Below, in pieces: positions 1-8,704 of a DNA stretch of 64,000 bases. The notes under the pieces are model-generated. The model worked only from the letters and a program-made list of their open reading frames with translations. It was not told the DNA's origin and did no database searches. Within the stretch, counting starts at the first letter, position 1, and each line of letters starts with the position of its first letter. Position numbers and translations under genes: made by a program. Source of the DNA: an uncultured Actinomycetes bacterium (GTDB taxonomy: Bacteria > Actinomycetota > Thermoleophilia > Gaiellales > F1-60-MAGs149); the NCBI GenBank assembly GCA_963722525.1, contig CAVRMM010000002.1, positions 3,335,096 to 3,399,095 of the forward strand, in the 5' to 3' direction.

Positions 1-771
1 CATCGCGCTGCGCATCGAGGACCTCGACCGGCGACCGCTGCCGGCCGGAGTGGGAGGCGCCACTGCGCGACGACCTCGCACTGGCTCGGCCTCGACTGGG
101 ACCTCGAGCAGCAGCGCCAGTCGGAGCGCGGCGCGGTCTACGACGAGGCGCTCGGCGGCCTGGACGCGGCGGGCGTCGTCTACGAGTGCTTCTGCACGCG
201 GGCCGAGGTGCGGGCGGCGTCGGCGCCGCACGGGCCGGAGCCGGTGTACCCGGGCACGTGCCGCGACCTGTCGGCGGCCGAGCGCGAGCAACGACGCGCG
301 GCGGGCCGGCGGTCGGCGTTGCGGCTGCGCGTCGAGCCGGAGCCGATCGTGTTCGACGACCTCGTCCACGGCCGCTGCGAGCGCGACGTCGCGGAGGGCG
401 GCGACTTCGTCGTCCGCCGCGCCGACGGCCTGCACGCCTACCAGCTGGCGGTGGTCGTCGACGACGGCGCGATCGGCATCACCCACGTGCTGCGCGGCGA
501 CGACCTGTTGTCGTCGACACCGCGGCAGCTGCTGCTGCAGCGGCTGCTCGGGCTGCCGGCGCCGGTGTACGCGCACGTGCCGCTGATGCGCGCGCCGACC
601 GGCGAGCGGCTGGCGAAGCGCCACGGCGACGAGACGCTGCAGTCGCTGCGCGCGGCGGGACGCACGCCCGAGCAGGTGATCGGCGAGCTCGCCGCCTCGA
701 TCGGCCTCGCGACCGAGGGCGAGCAGCTGACGGCGGCCGCGCTCATCCCGCGCTTCGCGCTCCCGCGGTAA
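1..771 (+). pseudogene. gluQ: glutamyl-Q tRNA(Asp) synthetase (GluQRS), 5' end cut by window edge; frame changes twice in nt ~45-80
   Basis: Frame 2 reads IALRIEDLDR, frame 3 PEWEAPLRDDL, frame 1 HWLGLDWD...VYECFCTRAEV...YQLAVVVDD...VLRGDDLL...AKRHG to the stop at 769-771. These are class I GluRS-like motifs of the truncated GluQRS family. Confidence 0.8.
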
Positions 772-780
772 CCTGACCCG

Positions 781-1305
781 ATGGGCATCGTCATCGAGAA
801 CGAGTTCACCGTCGCCGCCGCACCGGATGACGTCTACCAGCTGCTGACCGACGTCGAGCGCGTCGCTCCCACCATCCCCGGCGCGGAGGTGCTCGGCCGG
901 CGTGAGGACGGCGCCTACGACGCCAAGGCGACCGTGAAGATGGGCCCGATGTCGCTCACCTACAAGGGCACGGCCGAGATCACGGAGTCCGACCCGGTCG
1001 CCCGCACGGCGGTGCTGAAGGCGAAGGGCACCGACCAGAAGGGCCAGGGCACGGCGCAGGCGCTGATGTCGATGGCCGTGGAGCCCGACGGCGACGGCAG
1101 CCGCGTGAAGATGTCGAGCGACATCCTCGTCTCGGGCCGCGTCGCGCAGATGGGGCGCGGCATCATGGAGAACGTCGCGACGCGCATGATCGGCGAGATG
1201 GCGAAGGCGCTCGAGGCGACGCTGCAGACCGGCGAGACGGTGCGGGCGGAGACGCCGGGGATGGGCGCCGTGCTCGGATCGATCTTCCGCCGCAAGGACG
1301 ACTGA
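781..1305 (+). CDS. SRPBCC-fold protein, CoxG (carbon monoxide dehydrogenase subunit G)-like
   Basis: Intact 174-aa ORF. N-terminus IENEFTVAAAPDDVYQLLTDVERVAPTIPGAEV and the MGPMSLTYKGTAEI pattern are typical of the CoxG family. Confidence 0.75.
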   Translation: MGIVIENEFTVAAAPDDVYQLLTDVERVAPTIPGAEVLGRREDGAYDAKATVKMGPMSLTYKGTAEITESDPVARTAVLKAKGTDQKGQGTAQALMSMAVEPDGDGSRVKMSSDILVSGRVAQMGRGIMENVATRMIGEMAKALEATLQTGETVRAETPGMGAVLGSIFRRKDD

Positions 1306-1315
1306 CGCCGCGCGC

Positions 1316-2134
1316 TCAGCGCACGGTGCCGGACGTGCGGAACGCGGCGCCGGGAATGGTCTCCGACGCGATCAGGGCGGCCTCGGCGGCCTCCACCTGA
1401 TGCGCCACCAGCGCAGCCCGTTGCGCGTCCTCGACGTGCTTCGCGGGCTCCTGCCACAGGTACGGGTACCAGCGCGGCTCGTCCAGCACGAACCGGGCCT
1501 CGAGCGCGCGCCACATCTGCTCGCCGGTGATCAGGTTGTGCTGCTGCCGCTTCTCGCCCCAGACCGACACGATCTCGTCGGCGTCGGTGAGGCCGGTGCC
1601 GGCCGGCACGACGCCCGCCTGCGTGAGCGAGCCGGTGATCGAGGCCAGCCAGGTGGCGGTCGCGCGGTCGATGCGCTCGGCGCAGAACTCGTCGATGATC
1701 ACGACGCCGCCGGGGGCGAGCAGCAGCGCGGCGCGCTCGGCGGCCGCCCCGACGTCGTCCATGTGGTGCAGCGACCGGCCGAAGCGGATCGCGTCGAACG
1801 AGCCGTCGTGCAGGTTGTCGGCGCCGAACGACGTGTGCAGCACGGTCGCCTCCACGCCCGCCAGCGTGCGGCGGGCGACCGTGCAGGCCTCCTCGGAGGT
1901 GTCGAGCGCCGTCACCTCGTGACCGGCGCGGGCCAGTTCCAGGGCGACGGTGCCGTAGCCGGCGCCGACGTCGAGCACGCGCCGCCGGCCCTCGGTCGCC
2001 CGCAGCGCAAAGGCCACCGCCGGTTGGTAGAACCGCAGCACCAGCGCCGGATGGCGCCAGAGCGTCGCCCCCAGGTCTGGCCGGGGACGAAGCGCGGCCA
2101 GATCGGCCATGAGGTCGGAGACGGTCGCGCTCAC
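1316..2134 (-). CDS. class I SAM-dependent methyltransferase
   Basis: Intact 272-aa ORF with SAM-binding motif I VLDVGAGYGTVALELA and post-I acidic residue (VTALD). Confidence 0.8.
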   Translation of the reverse strand: MSATVSDLMADLAALRPRPDLGATLWRHPALVLRFYQPAVAFALRATEGRRRVLDVGAGYGTVALELARAGHEVTALDTSEEACTVARRTLAGVEATVLHTSFGADNLHDGSFDAIRFGRSLHHMDDVGAAAERAALLLAPGGVVIIDEFCAERIDRATATWLASITGSLTQAGVVPAGTGLTDADEIVSVWGEKRQQHNLITGEQMWRALEARFVLDEPRWYPYLWQEPAKHVEDAQRAALVAHQVEAAEAALIASETIPGAAFRTSGTVR

Positions 2135-2185
2135 GCGCTTCGAACACTACCGGTAGCCGGTTCCCCGGAAAGTAGGATTCGGCCG

Positions 2186-2899
2186 ATGCGAACGTGGGCC
2201 GTCCTGATCGCCCTCGTCGTCGTGGGTTGCGGAGGCGGGAACGCTGCGGCTCCGACGGTGACCGCGCCCGAACCTCCGACCACCACGGCCGCCGTGACCG
2301 GGCAGGCGCCTGCCACCACGGCGGAGCGGCCCGAGCTGACGTTCCCGGCGACCACGGCGAGCGAGGTGCTGGCGCTCGCCGGGCAGCGACCCGCGGGCAT
2401 CTCGGCCTACGAGGTGCAGGTCGTCGGTAGCGATACGACGCCCGGCGTGAACTACAGCGTCGAGATCGCGAGCGACGACACGCGCGCCCGGGTCCACCAG
2501 ATCCAGGACGAGGGCGAGACCTGGGTCGGCCTCGATCTGGCGACGAGCGCCGTTCGCTACACGTGCGCCGCCCCCACCGGCCAGGTGCCGTCCTGCCGGG
2601 ACGGCGACCCGGACGGCGAGGGTGCGCGCGCTGCGGAGCGCATCTCGCGCGTGCTCGGCAACGACTTCGTGACCAACGTATTCGCGCCGATGGCGCTGCA
2701 GACGACCGGCGTGTTCGTGGGCAACGACAACCAGGCCGGCGTGCCGGTCTCGTGCGTGGCATCCGACCAGGGCGGGCGGCTGTGCGTCAGCCGCTCGGGC
2801 TTCATCACCCAGATCTCCGCCGCCGGTGTGACGGCCCTCGCGCAGAGCGTCACGACGACCGTGACGCCGGCCGACCTGGATCCGCCGTCGCAGCAGTGA
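2186..2899 (+). CDS. lipoprotein, unknown function
   Basis: ATG at 2186 inside a longer GC-shadow ORF. Signal peptide MRTWAVLIALVVVGC has a lipobox Cys, followed by a Pro/Thr/Ala linker. Confidence 0.65.
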   Translation: MRTWAVLIALVVVGCGGGNAAAPTVTAPEPPTTTAAVTGQAPATTAERPELTFPATTASEVLALAGQRPAGISAYEVQVVGSDTTPGVNYSVEIASDDTRARVHQIQDEGETWVGLDLATSAVRYTCAAPTGQVPSCRDGDPDGEGARAAERISRVLGNDFVTNVFAPMALQTTGVFVGNDNQAGVPVSCVASDQGGRLCVSRSGFITQISAAGVTALAQSVTTTVTPADLDPPSQQ

Positions 2900-3755
2900 C
2901 GGCGCGGGCGACGACCGTGGTGATCTCGCGGTTCGCGTCCTCCTCCATCGCCGCCTCGTAGGTCGCGCGCGCGAGGTCGTTCACCGGCGTCGCGATGCTG
3001 AGGCGCTCGGCCATGTCCGCGAACAGCCGGTGGTCCTTCAGTTGCAGGCGCACCGCGAAGCCGTCGTCGAACCGCTCGGCCTGCAGGCGCGGCAGCAGGT
3101 AGTCGGTCATGAAGTAGCACTTCGCGTCGGTGTGACGGAAGACCTCGACCAGCCGCTCGGGCGGGATGCCGAGCGCGGCGCCCGCGGCGAAGGCCTCGGC
3201 CACGACCAGCACGTAGGCGCCGGAGCACATGTTCGAGATCAGCTTCACCTCGGAGCCCGCGCCGCTGTCGCCGAGGTGGAACACGTGGTGCCCGAGGCGG
3301 CGCATCACCGGTTCGGCGCGGGCCAGATCCGCGGCGTCGCCACCGACCATGAAGGTCACCGACGCCGCGCGGGCGCCGTCGGTGCCGCCCTCCATCGGCT
3401 CGCCGCCCGACAGCGGCGCGTCGAGGTAGCCGACGCCCTGCTCGCGCGCCGCGGCGTGCCAGCGGCGGTTGGTGCCGGGATCGACGGTGCTCGTGTCGAC
3501 GACCACGGTGCCGGGCTCCGCGGTCTCGAGGATGCCCGCCATGGTGTCGTCGACCGCGGCCGGCGACGGCAGCGACAGGACGATCACGCCCGCCTCCGCG
3601 GCGACCGCCGCCGCGCTGGCGACGCGCGCGACGTCGGGATGGCCGCGCGTCTCGTCGGCGTCGTAGGCGACGACGCGCCCACCGCCCGCTGCGAGGTGCC
3701 CGGCGAAGATCTCGCCCAACATTCCGAGGCCGATCAGACCTACTGTTTGATCCAT
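2850..3755 (-). CDS. NAD(P)-dependent oxidoreductase, 3-hydroxyisobutyrate / 6-phosphogluconate dehydrogenase-like
   Basis: Intact 301-aa ORF. N-terminal Rossmann motif VGLIGLGMLG, DAPLSGG and GSEVKLISN motifs of the HIBADH family. Confidence 0.85.
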   Translation of the reverse strand: MDQTVGLIGLGMLGEIFAGHLAAGGGRVVAYDADETRGHPDVARVASAAAVAAEAGVIVLSLPSPAAVDDTMAGILETAEPGTVVVDTSTVDPGTNRRWHAAAREQGVGYLDAPLSGGEPMEGGTDGARAASVTFMVGGDAADLARAEPVMRRLGHHVFHLGDSGAGSEVKLISNMCSGAYVLVVAEAFAAGAALGIPPERLVEVFRHTDAKCYFMTDYLLPRLQAERFDDGFAVRLQLKDHRLFADMAERLSIATPVNDLARATYEAAMEEDANREITTVVARAVTAATADPGRPASRSS

Positions 3756-3797
3756 GCGGCGAAGCTAGCAGGAGTCGGTCTGCCGCACTCGAAACGG

Positions 3798-4964
3798 ATG
3801 CTCCCCATGCGACGGCTGATCGTTCTTCCCCTGGTGCTGCTCGTCCTGCCCGCGTCCGCCCAGGCGGCGGGTGAGACGCTTACGCTCGCGCTCGATCACC
3901 CGGCGGCTGTGTGGCACACGCCGGTCACCGCGGCGGGCGACGTCACACCCGCGGCTGCCGGGCTCGGCGTCGTCGTCTCGGTCGCGGGCGCCGATGTCGC
4001 GACCGCGACCACCGACGCGGCAGGGCACTTCGCGGTGCCGTTCTCGGCCACGCGCGGCGGAGCGGTCGTCGCGCGGCTCGCTGCCTCGCCGGCCGCCAGC
4101 GCGCCGGTCGCCCTGGCGGTCAGCCCGCTCGTCTCGATCCGCATCCGCAAGGCCGTCGCGTACCGCGGCGCGACGATCGACATCCGCGTGCAGCCGTCGA
4201 CGTGGAAGGGCCGCGTGCTCGCGCGCACCGAGGTCGGCGACAAGGGTGCGGGCGCGCGTCGCGTGCGGATCCGCAAGGGCAAGGCGCGCGTGGTGATCCC
4301 GACGCCGGCCCTGGGTCGCATGCGCGTCGTGGTCGAGGTGCCGGCGGTTGCGCCGTATGCGGCGGCCACCTCGAAGCGCAGCTTCAAGGCGGACGGCCGG
4401 CGGCTGGCGGCGGGCTCCTCGGGCGCCGACGTGCGCGTGCTGTTGCGCGGGCTCGCGAAGCTCGGGTTCCACACACCCGGCATGTCGTCGACGCTGTCGC
4501 GCCAGGCAACCGACTCGATCGTCGCGTTCCAGAAGGCGTACAAGCTGCCGCGCACCTACGTGTTCGACGGTGACGACTGGCGCAAGTTCGCGAAGGCCAA
4601 GCGGATCCGCCCGCGCTTCAAGGGCCCGAAGCTGCACATCGAGATCGACAAGACGCGCCAGATCCTGCTCGTCGTCCGGAACGGCCGCGTGCTGCACATC
4701 CTGCCGACGTCGACGGGCGCCACCGGCAACACGCCGGAGGGCAAGTGGAAGATCCGCTGGAAGGCCCCGTCGAGCACGACCTGGCTGGGCTCCGCGATCC
4801 TCTACCGGACGATGACGTTCAAGGGCAACGAGTTCGCCATCCACGGCTTCGCCCCGGTGCCGTCCTACGCCGCCAGCCACGGCTGCGCGCGGATCCCGAT
4901 GTGGGCCGCCGACTGGCTCTACCGCCAGTCCCCGGTGGGCGAGACCGTCTACGTGTACCGCTAG
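3798..4964 (+). CDS. secreted L,D-transpeptidase with peptidoglycan-binding domain
   Basis: Signal peptide MLPMRRLIVLPLVLLVLPASAQA. PG_binding_1-like LLRGLAKLGF...IVAFQKAYKL. YkuD catalytic motif HGFAPVPSYAASHGCARIP. Confidence 0.85.
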   Translation: MLPMRRLIVLPLVLLVLPASAQAAGETLTLALDHPAAVWHTPVTAAGDVTPAAAGLGVVVSVAGADVATATTDAAGHFAVPFSATRGGAVVARLAASPAASAPVALAVSPLVSIRIRKAVAYRGATIDIRVQPSTWKGRVLARTEVGDKGAGARRVRIRKGKARVVIPTPALGRMRVVVEVPAVAPYAAATSKRSFKADGRRLAAGSSGADVRVLLRGLAKLGFHTPGMSSTLSRQATDSIVAFQKAYKLPRTYVFDGDDWRKFAKAKRIRPRFKGPKLHIEIDKTRQILLVVRNGRVLHILPTSTGATGNTPEGKWKIRWKAPSSTTWLGSAILYRTMTFKGNEFAIHGFAPVPSYAASHGCARIPMWAADWLYRQSPVGETVYVYR

Positions 4965-4977
4965 AGCCGCCTCGAAA

Positions 4978-5018
4978 GCGCGCTGGTTCCGCGCGCACCG
5001 TGCCGACTCGTGCGGCAC
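4978..5018 (+). terminator. two adjacent GC hairpins downstream of the L,D-transpeptidase gene (possible intrinsic terminator, no U-tract)
   Basis: GCGCGC-7 nt-GCGCGC (4978-4996) and GTGCCG-7 nt-CGGCAC (5000-5018) begin 14 nt after the stop codon. Confidence 0.25.
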
Positions 5019-5040
5019 CCGTCACCGACCACACGAACCG

Positions 5041-5135
5041 CGCATATCGGGTGCCTGGCACCGAATCTGTCGCCACGGCACGGTCCTGCGCGGGGCTGTG
5101 TGCGTTTCGGCGCAGTCCGCGCGGCCGCGTTTGCA
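5041..5135 (+). repeat. intergenic repeat family 1, copy A (GGTGCCTGGCACC palindrome + GTCGCCACGGCACGG module)
   Basis: 5049-5095 aligns by eye with 21903-21949 (ggtgcctggcaccgaatctgtcgccacggcacggtcctgcgcgggg vs ggtgcctggcaccggattcgtcgccacggcacggttccgtgcggggg). The similarity continues to gccgcgtttgcac / gcgccgtttgcgc. Confidence 0.8.
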
Positions 5136-5201
5136 CCTTCTGGCGGATCGGTGCCTGGCACGAAAACGCCTTCTGGCGGATCGGTGCCTGGCACGAAAAC
5201 G
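5136..5201 (+). repeat. perfect 33-bp tandem duplication (2 units) carrying the family-1 palindrome core
   Basis: ccttctggcggatcggtgcctggcacgaaaacg occurs at 5136-5168 and again at 5169-5201. Confidence 0.95.
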
Positions 5202-5326
5202 ACAGACATCAGATTCCGGCAGGGCGCCGGATATCCGTCCTGCGACGGAGGCAAGTCATGCTCGGGTGCTAGGCCGAGATCGGTAGGCTGTCGCGGACTG
5301 TCCCGCTTCGTCCCAGGAGTTCTTGC

Positions 5327-6086
5327 ATGTCCGTTGTTCAACCTCCCCCCGCTCCCACGTCCACGGAGATTGTCGTCGAAGGGCGCAACCTGACGAAGGT
5401 CTACGGCTCCGGTGACGCCGAGGTGCACGCCCTCGCGGGCGTCTCGATCTCCTTCCCGCGCGGCCAGTTCACGGCCGTGATGGGGCCGTCGGGTTCGGGC
5501 AAGTCGACGATGATGCACTGCCTCGCCGGACTCGACACGCCCACCAGCGGCGAGGTCCTGATCGAGGGCAAGGACATCACGAAGGCGTCCGACTCCGAGC
5601 TGACGCTGATCCGGCGCGGCAAGGTCGGCTTCATCTTCCAGTTCTTCAACCTCCTGCCGATGCTCACGGCCGAGGAGAACATGGAGCTGCCGCTGCGCCT
5701 CTCCGGCACGGCCGGTGGACGAGGCGTGGAAGAAGGAGCTGATCGACGCGATCCGCCTCGGCGACCGTCTGCATCACCGGCCGGCCGAGCTCTCCGGCGG
5801 CCAGCAGCAGCGCGTCGCCGTCGGCCGTGCCCTGCTGACGCGGCCCGCGATCATCTTCGGCGACGAGCCGACGGGCAACCTCGACTCCAAGACCAGCGCC
5901 GAGGTGATGACGCTGCTGCGCCACTCGGTGGACGAGTTCGGCCAGACGGTCGCGATCGTCACCCACGACCCGCGCGCTGCCAGCTACGCCGACCGCATTG
6001 TCTTCCTGCAGGACGGCCTGATCGTCCGCGACGAGCCGCGCATGAGTTCCGACGACATCCTCGACGTCATGAAGGGCCTGGAGTAG
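5327..6086 (+). pseudogene. ABC transporter ATP-binding protein (MacB/LolD/FtsE-like), one frameshift near 5705-5715
   Basis: Frame 2 carries Walker A GPSGSGKST and the Q-loop up to LRLSGTA. Frame 3 (from 5715) carries LSGGQQQRVAVGRAL, Walker B IIFGDEPTGNLD and H-loop VTHD. Confidence 0.9.
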
Positions 6087-6090
6087 CAGC

Positions 6091-8656
6091 GTGCGACAGG
6101 TCATCGTCCGCGGCTTCCTCGGCCGCAAACTCCGCTCCGTCCTGACGGCGCTGGCGATCATCCTCGGTGTCGCCATGATTGTCGGATCGGCCGTCCTCGA
6201 CGGAACAGATCCGCGGCGCCTTCGACGGCATCTTCCTGCAGGCCCGCAAGGGCACGGACGTCGTCGTCACCAAGAAGGCGACGTTCACGGACGACACCGG
6301 CTCGACGACGGTCCCGTTCGACGAGAACCTGATCGCCAAGGTGCAGGCCGTGACCGGCGTGCAGCAGGCAGTCGGCTCGGTCGTGCAGCGTCTCGGCCGT
6401 CCCGATCACGATCAAGAACGGCAAGCCCGATCCGCTCACGCCGAGCGGTGGTGCACCCGCCCTCGGCAACTCGGTCGCGCCGGCGCCATTCGACCCGACG
6501 ACCATCGTCGACGGCAAGCAGCCGAGCGCGGCGAACGAGGTGTCGCTCGAGGAACGCACGGCGGACAAGGGCGACATCAAGGTCGGCCAGCAGATCGGGC
6601 TGGCGACGTCGACCGGCGTGCATCCGGTGACGGTGGTCGGCATCTTCAAGTTCGCGGGCTCGGTCGGTGGTGCCACGCAGGTGTTCGTCACGTTCCAGGA
6701 CGGCCAGCAGTGGTTCGAACGCACCGGCCAGGTGGACGAGATCGACGTCGAGGCAGCGGCGGGCGTGTCGGAGGCGGAGTTGCGCGACAGCGTGGCCCAG
6801 GCGTTGCCCGGGCTACACCGTGCGCACCGGCGTCGAGCAGGCCAAGCAGGAGTCGGCCGACATCGGCGGCTTCGTCGACATCCTCGGCTACATCCTGATC
6901 GCGATCGGCGTCGTCTCGACGCTCGCCGGCGCGTTCATCATCTTCAACACCTTCTGGATCACGGTCGGCCAGCGCATCAAGGAGCTCGGGCTGTTGCGCA
7001 CGTTCGGCGCCTCGCGGCGCCAGCTGCTGACGAGTGTGATGGCCGAGGCGTTGCTGGTCGGCGTGATCGCGTCGGTGGTCGGCATCTTCGCCGGGCTCGG
7101 CGTCGCGAAGCTGATCGCCCTGCTGTTCGACGCGATCGGCTTCGGCTTGCCCGTCGGCAGCCTCAACCTCGGCGTCGGCACGATCATCGTCGCGATGGTG
7201 ATCGGCATCGGCGTGACGCTGGTCGCATCGTTCGTGCCGGCGTTCCGGTCGACCGAAGATCCCGCCCGTCGCGGCGATCCGCGAGGGCGCGCAGCTGCCG
7301 CCCGGCTGGCTCGCGCGCAAGGGCAAGATCATCGCGCCCATCGTCGCGATCCTCGGTCTCGCCATCGTCGCCGTCGGCCTGTTCGTCGTCGACGGCACGG
7401 CAGCGGTGCTGATCTCGCTCGGCGCCGGCGCCCTGCTGCTCCTGCTCGGGGTCGCGCTGACAGCGCCGTCCGTGGTGCCGATCCTGGCCCGCACGATCGG
7501 CTACCCCGGCGTGAAGTGGGGCGGCATTCCCGGCCGCATCGCGCGCGAGAACGCCGAGCGCAACCCGTCTCGCACGGCGGTGACGGCCGCCGCGCTGATG
7601 ATCGGCATCTTCCTGGTCAGCTTCGTGGCGGTGTTCGCGGCCGGCCTGAAGAAGAGCATCAGCGACGTGCTGTCGACCGACCTGAAGGCGCAGCTGTTCG
7701 TCTCCAACTCGGTCGGCGGCGGCGGCGCGCGCCGCTGCAGCCGGAGCTCGCGCAGGAGATCGCCGCCGTGCCGGGCGTCGCCGCCGTGGCCCCGACCAGC
7801 TTCGTCGCGGCGAAGGTCGTGCCGTCGGGCACGCGACATTCCGGTGTCGTCGGCCTCGCCCGAGTTCGCCGACGCCTACCGGCTGCGCTGGGTCGACGGC
7901 TCCGACGACGGTCGTTCGGAACCTGGAGGCGAACCAGGGCATCCTCGACGAGGACACCGCCAAGGACCTCAAGGCCACGGTCGGGTCTCGCGGTCACGGT
8001 CGAGGCCCGGAACGGCACGAAGGAGACCTACGACGTCGCCGGCATCGTCGAGGGATCGAACCTCGTCTCCGGCCTCCTGACATCACCCGAGGGCCTGCGC
8101 CGATGTCGACAACCAGGGCGTCGCGTTCATGTTCGTGGTCACCGACCCGACGGCCGAGGTCGGCACGGTGCAGGCCGCGGTGCAGACGGTGGCCGAGGCG
8201 TCGAACCCGCTCGCCAACGTGCAGTCGAACCAGGAGGTGATCGACGACATCTCCGGTCAGATCAACTCCGTCGTCTTCCCGCTGTACGCGCTGCTCGCGG
8301 TGATCGTGGTGATCTCGATCGTCGGCATCATCAACACGCTGTTGCTGTCGGTGTTCGAACGGACGAGGGAGATCGGCCTCCTGCGGGCGGTCGGCACGAC
8401 CCGTCGACAGGTGCGGCGGATGGTGCGCTACGAGAGCGTGATCACGTCGGTCATCGGCGCCACGCTCGGGGTGGTGGTCGGCGTCGTGTTCGGCGGCATG
8501 GTGATCTACCGCATCGACGAGATCCCGTTCGCCTTCCCGACCGGGCAGATCATCGCGTTCTTCGTCGTGGCGATCATCGCCGGCATCCTGGCGGCGATCC
8601 TGCCCGCCCGCCGGGCGGCGCGGCTCGACGTGTTGTCCGCGCTGCAGTACGAGTGA
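6091..8656 (+). pseudogene. ABC transporter permease with two FtsX domains (MacB-type), about nine frame changes
   Basis: Recognisable segments switch frames at about 6185, 6390, 6825, 7255, 7725, 7825, 7905, 7985 and 8100. Both FtsX modules are visible (FNTFWITVGQRIKELGLLRTFGASRRQL and NTLLLSVFERTREIGLLRAVGTTRRQV). Confidence 0.85.
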
Positions 8657-8704
8657 CGACCCGGCGGCGGGCGGGATCGCCACCGGGGAAGTAGGATCGG
8701 CGGC

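Noticed and set aside
5050-5075. TGGCAC within the family-1 repeats as a sigma-54 (-24/-12) promoter.
   Set aside because: The required GC/TTGC element at the -12 position is missing in all copies (TGGCAC-cgaat-ctgtc, TGGCAC-gaaaa-cgcct). In addition, rpoN is generally absent from high-GC Gram-positive lineages.
5136-5201. The tandem 33-bp repeat as a possible CRISPR array.
   Set aside because: There are only two units, directly abutting with no spacers, and no cas genes anywhere in the window.
5700-5720. Frame changes as programmed ribosomal frameshifting or recoding.
   Set aside because: There are far too many, scattered without slippery heptamers or downstream structures, and they occur in gene families with no known recoding.
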